A DNA stretch of 63,875 bases, counting the filler, from Trichomonas gallinae (Eukaryota), in the NCBI GenBank assembly GCA_008369845.1. It is 9 parts of 9 records of this genome, joined end to end, with 100 filler letters (N's around TTAATTAATTAA, not from the genome) between each part and the next. Parts side by side here need not be neighbours in the genome. Positions count along the whole stretch, not along the records: positions 1 to 11,863 come from MRSU01000172.1; 8 more parts are not named here. One strand, 5' to 3'. Below, one piece after another: positions 1-10,327 of the stretch (its first letter is position 1; the number at the start of each line of letters is the position of its first letter). The position numbers and the translations under genes are program-made. The notes under the pieces were generated by a model. That model saw nothing but the letters and a program-made list of their open reading frames with translations. It was not told the DNA's origin and did not search any database.

Positions 1-80
1 AATCGTGGAATTTTGACTATGTATCCTCACAATCGTGGAATTTTGACTATGTATCCTCACAATCGTGGAATTTTGACTAT
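1..80. repeat. Perfect 30-bp tandem repeat (AATCGTGGAATTTTGACTATGTATCCTCAC), ~2.7 copies visible, running off the window edge
   Basis: Identical units start at 1, 31 and 61 (the last partial), with no spacers. Confidence 0.95.
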
Positions 81-300
81 TTGCCATTTTTATAAATGAG
101 TTCGCACACCACGAATTCCAATACCAGCAACCAGTCCTCTCAGGGAAATGGTATGACTACCCATTACACGTCTATGAGTAAACCTTGCCAGACTCTGACT
201 AAACCTTCCCAATGTAACACTTACGTCGGCTCTGAAGTCCGAAGTCATAAATCTATGCAGGCTTTATTAAATCCAAGGTAATTGGATTATTTAAGGTACT
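1..300. mobile_element. Probable terminal inverted-repeat end of a Maverick/Polinton-type element
   Basis: Internal 30-bp tandem repeats and a relatively GC-balanced segment ending in ...TTAAGGTACT at 300 (AGTACC... on the minus strand, fitting the 5'-AG...CT-3' Polinton terminus). AT-rich host-like DNA follows abruptly. The partner TIR and TSD are outside the window. Confidence 0.5.
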
Positions 301-552
301 ATTTACAAAAAAATTGATTGGGAAAACCTTAAATAATTAATTCAAGTAAATATTTTCAGTGTAGGTGCAATTATATATGATGAATATTATATTGTCCTCC
401 TTTAAAATTAGTATACAGTGATATTTCATATTACTATACAATCTTGAAATTTTGCAGTGAAATCATGAGATTTTCAAGTTTGATATCGTTTCAAAATGGT
501 TTTTATCACATAAAAACTTCGATTTTAATATAAAATAAAGTAATAAAAAATA

Positions 553-2145
553 TTATTTCTTAAGATTCGCCATTTTCATCTTTTGCTCAAGTGTCGGGCA
601 TCTAAGGAATCCTAGATATTGTTCTAAGTTCTTTTGGTTGAGCTTATTCATGAAATCTGCAGATGAAATAATATTTCTCACCTGCTTCTTAGCGATGATC
701 GGGAATTCATCAGGATTGAATGACGATGGATAAAGGCTGAGGTTATCAACAACAGATGATTTCATTATATCAGAGAATGATACATAATGATAAACAATTG
801 GATGTAAAATGTCACCAACTCTTGCTAAGAACTCCAAACTCCTCTCAACAGGTGTGCAAGCGACAACTTGTATGAAGACATGATATTTAAATGTAATATC
901 TAAGATCGAAAAAGCCCATGCATAGAGAGCTTTGTCGAAAATGCCGTTTATGTATGATTTCTCGATGTATCCTGGCTCAGTGATGCCATCAACAGATACC
1001 AGCTCGTTAAATCTCTTGATTCCTTTGTAAACTGTTTCCATTTCTTCAAATGTTATTCTTGTCATCAAGATAACAGCTTCTTCGCATGTGCGGAGCTCTT
1101 TTGTTGGGAAATCACCCTGGAAAAATGAACTTTCAGCATCATTTAACGTATCTTCTGGGAAACATTTAATAATTGCGTCAACAATTATTAATGATTTCTT
1201 AACTTGTTCATCATTTTCACATACTGATGGGATCAAGAGAACCAGGTTGTGATTTTCAGATATCGCAGCATCGCGTGTAACAAATTCTAAATCATTTTCT
1301 GATTTAGCAACTGTTCCAATATCATGTCCTTCAAGATCGAATGCTTTTGTATAGATATAGTCTTGATCATCAATGTGAAGCACGAAATTTGTAGCTGTGC
1401 CGAAAATTGATTTAACTCTATTGTCTGCAAGCTTTTTAGTATCGTATAATAATAATGACTGACGATGATAGCGAACATTAATGATATGTGTGTCAGTAGA
1501 ATCTTCAGATGATGCTACATTGAAAACTATTGCTAAATAATGGAAATCGTTTGGAGATACACTTGCAATTTTGATGGATTCGATAGATTCTTGCGCGAAA
1601 CCTGCGAAAACTGATGAAGGCAAATATGATTTGCATTGCAAGTTTTGAGTTTCTATATCGTAAATCAAAATACCCATCGATTCAGTTAGAATACATAAGT
1701 AACTTGCGAATATATGAATAGCAGCGATATTTCCTGGGCCAGTTAAAAGATATTTGAGGCCTCCTCCGAATGTCCACTGTTTTGTCTCAGTAATGATGTG
1801 TATTGCGTTGTTATCTAATAAAACATATAAGCAATTTTTGTATGCGATGGTCTGTTTGATGTTATAATCGAACGATTTCTTGAAATTCGTATTAAATTTA
1901 TAAATTTCGCGATTGTTAACTACAATCCAAACATTATTACCGTCATTCGCATTTACTACTATTTTTGCTGATGTGACGGATTTCAAATACGTTTTCTCTT
2001 CGTTAATTTGTTTAATATAAATTCCTTTTCTGTCGCAGGGCAATATTTTTATATTTGTCGGTGTCCCTTGCTGATCAATGTCATAATATTCTAAGCTGAC
2101 GTTCTCGGCAAGCTCAAAATCTGTTTCCACCCAGTCATATATCAT
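553..2145 (-). CDS. Hypothetical protein, 530 aa (beta-strand-rich N-terminal half, helical C-terminal half)
   Basis: Long ORF with AT-rich flanks and AAAA-ATG start context. No family motif recognised. Confidence 0.75.
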   Translation of the reverse strand: MIYDWVETDFELAENVSLEYYDIDQQGTPTNIKILPCDRKGIYIKQINEEKTYLKSVTSAKIVVNANDGNNVWIVVNNREIYKFNTNFKKSFDYNIKQTIAYKNCLYVLLDNNAIHIITETKQWTFGGGLKYLLTGPGNIAAIHIFASYLCILTESMGILIYDIETQNLQCKSYLPSSVFAGFAQESIESIKIASVSPNDFHYLAIVFNVASSEDSTDTHIINVRYHRQSLLLYDTKKLADNRVKSIFGTATNFVLHIDDQDYIYTKAFDLEGHDIGTVAKSENDLEFVTRDAAISENHNLVLLIPSVCENDEQVKKSLIIVDAIIKCFPEDTLNDAESSFFQGDFPTKELRTCEEAVILMTRITFEEMETVYKGIKRFNELVSVDGITEPGYIEKSYINGIFDKALYAWAFSILDITFKYHVFIQVVACTPVERSLEFLARVGDILHPIVYHYVSFSDIMKSSVVDNLSLYPSSFNPDEFPIIAKKQVRNIISSADFMNKLNQKNLEQYLGFLRCPTLEQKMKMANLKK

Positions 2146-2678
2146 TTTTATTTACTTTGGCATGTAAAGTTTTCAATTTAATAGTTTTACATGGCAAATA
2201 TGACTTTACGTGTCATTACGTTTATCAAAATAAAATTCAAATAGCTGTTATGTAAATATTATTTATGTCATGTAAAATATCTAATTTGTCATTTAGATAT
2301 TTCCATTGCTGTTCTTATATCCAGTCCCCAAATTAACCCGTCGAAGCCTTTGTAAACCTTCCTAGCACCATTTCCTATAATTTTCATTATCTGACAGGTT
2401 TGCAACGAGTTTCACTATAGTTTATATAAAAAAAATCGAGTGTAGAACAAAAGAATATATGTGTTTAATAAAAATTGAGCTTATTAGAGTTATCGGTTAT
2501 TTGGGTAGTCTCGAGTTTAATCAAATGCTCATAATATGAAATAAAATTAATTTCTTAATCATGAATGCATAGGAACTATTTTATTTATCAAGAATTATAA
2601 TATTGTTTATCTATATACAGGCATTTGCGGCTGTGCTGTTATTTGGTAAATGCAGACGAATAAGAAGGTGTGAATCAC

Positions 2679-3668
2679 TTACAACTTCAATTCATGTCTC
2701 TGATTTTCTTCTGTTCCACGTGGTGGTGTGCCAGGGCGTGGTCCGACGAAGTAGTTCTCCTCCCATTTCATTGGTGGCAAGACAGTGAAGCTGCAGAAGA
2801 GATTCTCGTCGACTTGCATTGTTGCGCCTTTGTTATTATACTCATAGCAGTAGTTTGGCGCTGAGAAAAGTGTGACAATGCCCTGGTCGTTGGGGAATGG
2901 GAAGTCGTAGCCTCCCATAACAGCCTGGTGTCCACGAACAACTAAATCGAAATTGAATCGATCAAGGAATTTGCGGAGAGGAGCTGCTCCAAAAACGTAT
3001 GATGCGCCTCTATCATTGGCTGCCCATTCTTCTGTCTCGAAATCAGGGTCAGACCAAACTAAATCGCATAAAAGTCCAACCTCCGGAATTTCCATTGGTC
3101 TCTGGGACTCTAGTGCGCGTATATCGTTAATTTTCTTAAGAGATGGAGATATTCCGCCATGAATGCAAAAAATCTTATCGTCGATGATTGCTGCGAGAGG
3201 AAGGCAGTTAAAAACATCGCAAAACATTTCCCAAACCTTAATGCTATACTGCTGAACGCATTCATCGTAAAATCCGAACTCGCGGTTGATATAAGAACAT
3301 TCGTGATTTCCTCTAAGTAAGAAGAAGTTTTCTGGATAGCGAATCTTGTAAGCAAATAATAAACATATTGTTTCGATGCTTTGAACGCCTCTATCTACAT
3401 AATCGCCTAAGAAAAGATAATTTGTCTGTGGTGGATACTTGCAGCGGTCAAATATACGAAGAAGATCGTGATACTGGCCATGAATATCGCCGCAGATTGT
3501 AAGTGGAGGCTGTAATTCAAGAAGAATTGGTTGGTCCATGAAAATTTTACGAACTTCTCTGCACAACATTTGAATTTCGGAAAGGCTGAGTCCAGCTGGT
3601 GTCCCTGGTGGCTTGGAACCAGCATATAAGAGCTTGTCTGTGATAACATCAAGCCATTTTGTTGACAT
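2679..3668 (-). CDS. PP1: Serine/threonine protein phosphatase PP1 catalytic subunit
   Basis: PPP motifs GDIHG, GDYVDRG, LRGNHE, HGG and SAPNYC. PP1-like YPPQTNYLFLGDYVDRG and LLCDLVWSDP, plus C-terminal RPGTPPR. Start placed at the first ATG (MSTKW) rather than the upstream GTG. Confidence 0.93.
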   Translation of the reverse strand: MSTKWLDVITDKLLYAGSKPPGTPAGLSLSEIQMLCREVRKIFMDQPILLELQPPLTICGDIHGQYHDLLRIFDRCKYPPQTNYLFLGDYVDRGVQSIETICLLFAYKIRYPENFFLLRGNHECSYINREFGFYDECVQQYSIKVWEMFCDVFNCLPLAAIIDDKIFCIHGGISPSLKKINDIRALESQRPMEIPEVGLLCDLVWSDPDFETEEWAANDRGASYVFGAAPLRKFLDRFNFDLVVRGHQAVMGGYDFPFPNDQGIVTLFSAPNYCYEYNNKGATMQVDENLFCSFTVLPPMKWEENYFVGPRPGTPPRGTEENQRHELKL

Positions 3669-4236
3669 TGAAAAATGCACGTTTAAAATTTTCAGATAAT
3701 GATTGACCCATTTTGCTCATATCACATGAATTCATTCCTTCCACTGGATATGTTTCGTTGGATATTACATTGATTTCACGTGTTTTTTGTTCTATTGACT
3801 TTGGAAATTTCAAAATTATAACTTGATACTTGGTTAACAAGCCAATATTCTTTTATAACGACTGAAATTATTATCAAATGTACAAGATTTCGATTATTGA
3901 ATTTTATCAAATTAGAATCATCTGATCTTATTTTGCATACAAATATAAGAACAAGTTTGATGGTTATATAATCTACCAAATTGACAGGATTTCGATTTTC
4001 AGTTATCTGAATTTTGAAATATTAAAATATCCAAAGCGTGTTTTGCAAAGTGAATCGTCATGATTTCAAACACATTTAATGATCTAATCATTATAATTGA
4101 GTGTTTTCTATAAATTAAATTTAATAAAGTACAACATGTTAATATTAGGGAACAATTTATGTATGTATTTGTTCAAAAAGAATAACTTGTTTAATCGCTT
4201 AAAGCAAAATTATATATAATAAAAGTAATATCGAAA

Positions 4237-5112
4237 TTAATTAATTGTACGATTTGGAGATGCGCGAGCAGCACGTGGTGTTGATGTAGCTGATGCTCTG
4301 CTTGTAGATCTAGGTGATTTCAGTTTTGGTGATAATGGGGATGTCTTTGGAGATAATGGGATCTTCAACATTGGAGATTGTGGCTGAATTAAGCCGAACT
4401 CCTCTTCAGTGAACAGAGCCCTGAACATTTGCTTTTCGTCATCTGTTCTTGAGACTCCGAGTCTAATTGAGCGAGCTTGGAGAGTTTTATCGAGTCTATC
4501 AATTTCGCTATTATATTCATCCTGAATTTCGATGAAAACTTGTCTTTCCTTCTTGTCGCATAAGTCTTTCTCTGTATTTTGCTTAGCTTCTAAAGCTGTG
4601 CGAAGATCAGTGTATTTCTTGTGGACTGCGTCTTGTCTGCTCTGAATAATTGACTGCCTCAAGTTCTGTGACTCCTGGAAAAGAGCATCAGCGGCGTCGT
4701 ATTCCTGAGCTCTGGCGCGAATCTGAGCTTGATTCTTCTTAGTGTCCGCTTCTGGGGCTGAGCGTGTTGTTTCGGTCTCGAGCTCCTTAGCATATTCGTC
4801 GGCTAATGATGCCAAGGCGGCAGCGTGTGCTTGCTGAAGAAGATTTCTGCGTTTTTGAAAACGACTCTTTGCCTTATATATTCTATTATAAAAGTTGTTG
4901 TATAGCTCAGATGCTTCTATCTTGATATTTTCTTTCTCGATATTATAAGTTAATTGTGCTTTTGTTAAATTTGCCTGCTGATTTTGTTGATTTCTGGCAT
5001 CCAACAGCTTCTGGATCTGAAGGTCAATGGATTTTGCTTGTTGAAAGTCACAGTTTTCGATCGCAAGGTTTTTCTGCTTGCGAAGAATCATAATTTCATG
5101 GTCACCGCTCAT
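4237..5112 (-). CDS. Hypothetical coiled-coil protein with Ser/Pro-rich C-terminal tail
   Basis: 291-aa ORF rich in Q/E/K/A heptads. The tail has multiple SP/SPK/SPR sites. Confidence 0.8.
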   Translation of the reverse strand: MSGDHEIMILRKQKNLAIENCDFQQAKSIDLQIQKLLDARNQQNQQANLTKAQLTYNIEKENIKIEASELYNNFYNRIYKAKSRFQKRRNLLQQAHAAALASLADEYAKELETETTRSAPEADTKKNQAQIRARAQEYDAADALFQESQNLRQSIIQSRQDAVHKKYTDLRTALEAKQNTEKDLCDKKERQVFIEIQDEYNSEIDRLDKTLQARSIRLGVSRTDDEKQMFRALFTEEEFGLIQPQSPMLKIPLSPKTSPLSPKLKSPRSTSRASATSTPRAARASPNRTIN

Positions 5113-5957
5113 TTTTTTATGGCGGTTTTACAAAATTTTTTTATTTTTTCATATTTTTGGTTATTTGGCATCCACACATATTTCCATTTAATATTTTCAT
5201 ATTTTTATCCATTTCTGAATTTTAGAACTCTTATTTTTAAAGAAAACGCATCTATATAACATATAATATCCAAAAATCATGTTTATAAGGTTTGAAATTT
5301 ATTTACAAATTTGTTTAAAATTTTATTTATCGATTTTAATGTTGTTTTTAGATTATATTATAGGAATACTAATCAAGTATAAAATATTTTTCAAAAAAGA
5401 TGATTTTACATCAAAGAATATTGTTACAAAGTGATCATTTGATGCATGAAACATCTAATCTTGCTCAAATATAATGATTTGTCAAATCATCAATATCAAA
5501 AATCCCATAAAAACAAATCATTTTTTCAATTATGTATTCTTTTCTGTATATCTTTCTATAAATTTGGAGTATGTTCGTGTTGTTTCACTTTTTCAAATAC
5601 ATCATAAACAAAATTCGAAATTAATTTCCTTGGTTTATTACTTATATATAGATAACAAAGTTTCCGCTGTTAACAACTTTTATAAGAAAATTCTAGATAG
5701 ATTTAGTTGTTTTATTCTGAAAATACAAATTTCAGAAATGATTTATAGAGTAAGCGCAAAAAGTCTTAAAAACAGCCAAATATTACTGATATACGGCTTT
5801 TCGTAAATGAAAATGATGAATTAGTTTGTACTCAGATATAAAATGGAGAAAAAAGTGCAAAAACTGACTTAAAAACTTAATCATGTCTCCAAACTCTATA
5901 TAGGATCTGTACACATCATTCTTAAACTAAGTAAAACGAAAAAGATAATTATATTTG

Positions 5958-6524
5958 TTAATTCGTTACTGGATCTGAAAACATCACAGCTTCCATTTCG
6001 TGTAGAATTTTTGAACGTTTTTTGATCTCATTGTTAAGATTATTTATCATAATAGTAATACTTTTCTGAATTTCATCTATTTGCATTTTTTGTTGCGGTT
6101 TTATTTGTGCGATTTGTAATTCATCATGAATAGATTTGGCTCTTTTTTGAAAGCCATCGAGTTGTCTTAATAATAAAGAAATTTCAGCTATTCGGTGATT
6201 AAATATATCAAATGCGTTTTCTATTGATGCAAGTGGATCTCTGTGGTATTTTTGATACATGCAAAATGGGCATAAAAAGTTTGATAAATTAAAATCATCA
6301 GAAATCGATATGCATGTTCTGTGAAGGAATTTTTTGCATTCTTTGCATTGTATTAGATTTCCTGAACCTGCATGAAAGCCGCATATACATCGAACATCAT
6401 CTAATGCGACTTTGCTATCAATAATTAACTCTGAAACGGATTGCCCAGTGGTTTCTATTTCATAATTATTCATATTCGTCTCAGAAGCTAACGCATTTAA
6501 GAAGGCGAAAGATTCACCCTCCAT
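5958..6524 (-). CDS. PHD-finger protein with C-terminal coiled coil
   Basis: C4HC3 pattern CIC...IQCKEC...HRTC...FLCPFC. First ATG is at 6524 (MEGES). Confidence 0.85.
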   Translation of the reverse strand: MEGESFAFLNALASETNMNNYEIETTGQSVSELIIDSKVALDDVRCICGFHAGSGNLIQCKECKKFLHRTCISISDDFNLSNFLCPFCMYQKYHRDPLASIENAFDIFNHRIAEISLLLRQLDGFQKRAKSIHDELQIAQIKPQQKMQIDEIQKSITIMINNLNNEIKKRSKILHEMEAVMFSDPVTN

Positions 6525-6899
6525 AGCTGCGAAATTTTTTATGGCAATAAACAAAGTTTTACATGTCAAAATTTCAAAAATATTTTATTTACTTGTCAAA
6601 AAACACTAATTCGTGTTTTTTGAACTGTCCAGATCAATTATCACATTAATTATTTCATTAAACATCAGTTATTTGTCATCATGTACAGCCTATGAACATA
6701 ACCTGAGCTTCAAAATTTAGTTTATTATAGTTTCAATGTTTCGCGTTCATGCAATGAATGAACTGTTCATATTTGCGTAACGTTTTCCATCTTGAATAAT
6801 GAAAATGATCATATGATGATAAGGAGGATAAAATATGGTAAATATAAGACTCAAAAGTTATTTGTAAATGCATTTTGACGATATTCTTTTCTAAAGAGT

Positions 6900-7027
6900 T
6901 ATCATGTCAAAATATTTCAAAGGTATCATTATGTCAAAAAATTTCAAAGGTATCATTATGTCAAAAAATTTCAAAGGTATCATTATGTCAAAAAATTTCA
7001 AAGATGACATTATGTCAAAATATTTTC
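6900..7027. repeat. 27-bp tandem repeat (TATCATTATGTCAAAAAATTTCAAAGG), ~4.5 copies
   Basis: Units start at 6924, 6951 and 6978, with degenerate copies at ~6900 and ~7005. Confidence 0.92.
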
Positions 7028-7088
7028 TGATGTGATGCATTTGTCTTGTTTTAGCAAAAATAAGGAAAATAAATCATAAAAAAAAACT

Positions 7089-8504
7089 TTAGATGTGGAT
7101 GGCCTTTGAGAGAACAGCCTTTGCCGCTTCCATGACGGCCTCGCTGAGTGTTGGGTGTGGGTGGCATGTTTCTGCGATTGCCTCGATCTTCAACTTGTTT
7201 CTGATCGCGATTGCGCCCTCCATGATTGCCTCTCCAGCGTTAGGGCCAACGATCTGCATGCCGAGGACTGTTCCATCTTCTCCGCAAACGAACTTGACGA
7301 AGCCTGTTGGATCTAAAATAGCCCTAGCGCGGCTGTTTGCAGAGTATGGGAACATTCCGACCTTTGTCTTTATCCTCTGCTTGGCGGCCTGGTTCTGAGT
7401 GAGGCCGACTGTAGCGATTTCTGGCGATGTGTAGATGACGGCTGGGATGCAGTTTCTGTCGTAAGATGTTGGCTTGCCTGCGAGCATCTCAACGCATGCG
7501 ATGCCTTCCTCTTCTGCCTTGTGCGCGAGCTGTGGACCTGGGACGATGTCGCCGATGGCGAAGACATTCTTCTCTGATGTCTCGAACTTGTCATTGATCT
7601 CGATAAGACCGTTTTTCTGGCGTTTGAGATTTAATTTTTCGAGACCGAAGCCGTCGAGGTGGAGACGGCGGCCGATAGCGACTAAGGCGCGTTCTGAGAG
7701 AATCTTCTTGTCTCCAACAACGACTTCGACGCCATTTTCTGTCTTTGTGCAGCTATCAACACCTTTTCCGAGGACGAATTCCATTCCACGGCGCTTGAGG
7801 ATGTTCTGCATGTAGCGGCCGATCATTGGATCGACAGATGGGCCGCCAATTGTTGTAGCCATGTCGATAATTGTAACTTTTGAGCCAATAGCGTTGTAAA
7901 CGCTACCGAGTTCGAGGCCGATGATGCCACCACCAATAACTGTAAGCGATTTTGGTACTTCCTTCCAATTAAGGACACCCTGTGATGTTGCGATTATTTG
8001 TTCGTCGACTGGGAATGCTTTAGGGAACCATTTATCTGTTCCTGTTGCTAAGAGTAAGTTCTTTGGATTGTATGTGATTGTCTTGCCGTCTTCTGTGTTG
8101 ACGTTGATTTCATTCTTTGTGTTTATGATTGCTGTTCCGTGCACAAGCTCGCCACCGGCACGTTCGATCAGTCCTTCAATGCCAGATGACAATCCTGAGA
8201 GAATTCCGTTCTTTCTGCGCTGTGCAGCGACCATATCAACTGTTGCTTGTCCTGGGAGTTTGATTCCGAGCTGCTTGAAATCATGGTTGGCTTCGTAGAC
8301 TTTGTGTGACATGTTTAAGAAGAACTTTGACGGGATGCAGCCTTCTCTGAGACATGTTCCGCCCATCAATTTCTCTTTTTCGACGCAAACAGTCTTGAGA
8401 CCGAGCTTGGCGGCATGAATAGCAGCAGCATAGCCACCTGGGCCGCCACCAATGATCAATAAGTCTGGGTTCTTAATAAAAGTGCGAGAAATCGAGTTCA
8501 ACAT
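7089..8504 (-). CDS. DLD: Dihydrolipoamide dehydrogenase (E3 / glycine cleavage L protein), probably hydrogenosomal
   Basis: FAD-binding GGGPGGY, redox disulfide GGTCLREGCIP, NAD-binding GGGIIGLE, AIGD and C-terminal HPTLSE. N-terminal MLNSISRTF resembles a short ML...RxF hydrogenosomal presequence. Confidence 0.95.
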   Translation of the reverse strand: MLNSISRTFIKNPDLLIIGGGPGGYAAAIHAAKLGLKTVCVEKEKLMGGTCLREGCIPSKFFLNMSHKVYEANHDFKQLGIKLPGQATVDMVAAQRRKNGILSGLSSGIEGLIERAGGELVHGTAIINTKNEINVNTEDGKTITYNPKNLLLATGTDKWFPKAFPVDEQIIATSQGVLNWKEVPKSLTVIGGGIIGLELGSVYNAIGSKVTIIDMATTIGGPSVDPMIGRYMQNILKRRGMEFVLGKGVDSCTKTENGVEVVVGDKKILSERALVAIGRRLHLDGFGLEKLNLKRQKNGLIEINDKFETSEKNVFAIGDIVPGPQLAHKAEEEGIACVEMLAGKPTSYDRNCIPAVIYTSPEIATVGLTQNQAAKQRIKTKVGMFPYSANSRARAILDPTGFVKFVCGEDGTVLGMQIVGPNAGEAIMEGAIAIRNKLKIEAIAETCHPHPTLSEAVMEAAKAVLSKAIHI

Positions 8505-8945
8505 AAAAGTGCCAGATTTTAAAAATTTTTGAAGATTTTATTCGGTTAAAACTAGTTTTTGTTATATATTTAGTTATATTTAGTCATATCTATACCAGAT
8601 CACCAATTTTTTTGGATTTTAATTTTTTTATAATTGATAATTACGGAATTGATATTATTTAATTGAATATTTAATATATATTTGCCTTTTATATAATATA
8701 TTCAAAGCGATGAGACTTCATTTTAATATTTAATTTTATCAAAAATAATAAAATCAAAAATGAATTATTTGTAATTGAATTTATACTATTTTTCATGAGT
8801 ATAAATTAAATTCATGTTGCATTTTGTTGTATCTGAAAAATTATCAAAAAATTAAAATATCAACAAATAATGATATACTTTGGAGCTGTAGGATTGAAAC
8901 GGTAAATGAATGCATCTAGAATTGATAAAAAAATATAAATCTTGT

Positions 8946-9863
8946 TTATGTGAAATAGTGAGGAACAAAGTCTTTTGGCTTCTGAGAGCTGACTTCTGGA
9001 ACATCTTTGAAAATACGAAGTTCACGGTTAAGTTCGCTATCTAATTTCATGACAGATGCAATGTTTCCTGTTCTATAGCCGTAGTTTGGAGCAGACCAAA
9101 CGGTGATAACCTTCTGGTCAAACTTGTATTCGTAGCCATCCATAACAAGCTGGTGTGCACGAGCAATAAGTTCAATCTTATTATTCTGACAGAAGATATT
9201 TGTCTGTGGCTGTCCGAAAAGCCATCCAGCACCACGAGAGCTTACGCTCCAGCTCTGAACTTCTTCCGGATCGGACCAATAAAGATCAGCGACGGCGCCG
9301 TTTGTTGGAATTTCATTTTGACGATCGTATAATGAAATCTGATCAATAAGAAGGATTTCTGGTGAAAGTCCGCCGTGGACACAGAAAATTCTATTTTCAA
9401 TGACAGCAGCCATTGGTAAAAGATCGAATGTTTCCTGGCAAAGGTTCCAGATACCGCCGTGGCCGTAATTCTGAACGCATTCTACGTAGAAACCGTACTG
9501 CTTGCTGACTTCTCTGCATTCGTGGTTACCACGGAGCAAACAAAGTTGTGTTGGGTATTTAAGTTTGAGAATTGCTAAGTACATGAATGTTTCCAATGAA
9601 AAATAGCCACGATCAACATAATCGCCAAGGAAGAGATACTTTGTATCGGCTGGATCTCCTGAAATTCTGAATAATTCGAACAAATCGAAAAGTTGGCCGT
9701 GGATATCACCGCAAACTGTAATTGGCGCATTTAATCTGATAACATTGGGCTCTTCGTAGAGGACTTCTTGCAACTTTCTGAGGACAAGAATAATGCACTT
9801 CTCATCAAGATGCTTGCCGCCCCTCAAGTGTTCGAGAGCCTTATCTAAGTCACCAGCGTTCAT
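8946..9863 (-). CDS. PPP-family phosphatase catalytic subunit, PP2A-like group (closest to PP6/Sit4 or PP4)
   Basis: GDIHGQ, GDYVDRGYFSLETF, LRGNHE, HGGLSP, RGAGWLFG, RAHQLVMDGY, TVWSAPNY and C-terminal PHYFT. Start moved to MNAGDL because the upstream part of the ORF is AT-rich non-coding-like sequence. Confidence 0.92.
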   Translation of the reverse strand: MNAGDLDKALEHLRGGKHLDEKCIILVLRKLQEVLYEEPNVIRLNAPITVCGDIHGQLFDLFELFRISGDPADTKYLFLGDYVDRGYFSLETFMYLAILKLKYPTQLCLLRGNHECREVSKQYGFYVECVQNYGHGGIWNLCQETFDLLPMAAVIENRIFCVHGGLSPEILLIDQISLYDRQNEIPTNGAVADLYWSDPEEVQSWSVSSRGAGWLFGQPQTNIFCQNNKIELIARAHQLVMDGYEYKFDQKVITVWSAPNYGYRTGNIASVMKLDSELNRELRIFKDVPEVSSQKPKDFVPHYFT

Positions 9864-9873
9864 TTTAATGTAA

Positions 9874-9879
9874 AAGTGA
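9874..9879 (-). promoter_or_regulatory. Initiator (Inr)-like element TCACTT
   Basis: The minus strand reads GTCACTTTTACATTAAA-ATG. This matches the trichomonad Inr consensus TCA(C/T)(T/A), about 10 nt upstream of the ATG at 9863. Confidence 0.65.
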
Positions 9880-10327
9880 CTATTATCGTCGATTTGCCTC
9901 CAATTTTTTATTTTTTTCTTTTTTGTTTCTCTAGATTTGTTAACATATGTAAATGATTTTAAAACAAAAAAATTAAAATTATTTTTTGTTTTATTGTTTT
10001 TGATTATCATCTTAATAGAGTATCTAAAATAACCAATGTTTAAAAATTTAGATTCGCAAAATTAATGATTTTTTATGTCAAAAACTGTAAAAATATAAAA
10101 TGATTTTGAAAATATCAAAAAATCATGAATTTCTAATCAGGTCTATTTATATAATAAACAAAAGGTAGAGGATAAGTGTAAACGTTTTGTACAGTTTTCA
10201 AGAATATAAGTTGAATATTTCCAATTTCGAAAAAATAATGTTGCAGAAATTGCCAAAATGAAAACAAGCTCAACAGATTCTGATAGGCATTGAGCAGTAT
10301 AACATGTAAGTCGTATGTCTGATTAAT

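Noticed and set aside
1..80. 30-bp repeats as a CRISPR array
   Set aside because: The repeats are contiguous with no unique spacers, there are no cas genes, and the context is eukaryotic.
96..281. 61-aa plus-strand ORF
   Set aside because: Short, no motifs, and inside the probable transposon terminus.
5474..5806. 110-aa AT-rich ORF and similar short F/I/K/N-rich ORFs (e.g. 44565..44837, 50540..50797, 61487..61672)
   Set aside because: Their composition simply reflects AT-rich intergenic DNA, with no domains or coding-type codon bias.
9864..10010. 49-aa N-terminal extension on the PP6-like phosphatase
   Set aside because: AT-rich, low-complexity translation of upstream DNA; an Inr-like element sits directly before the ATG at 9863.
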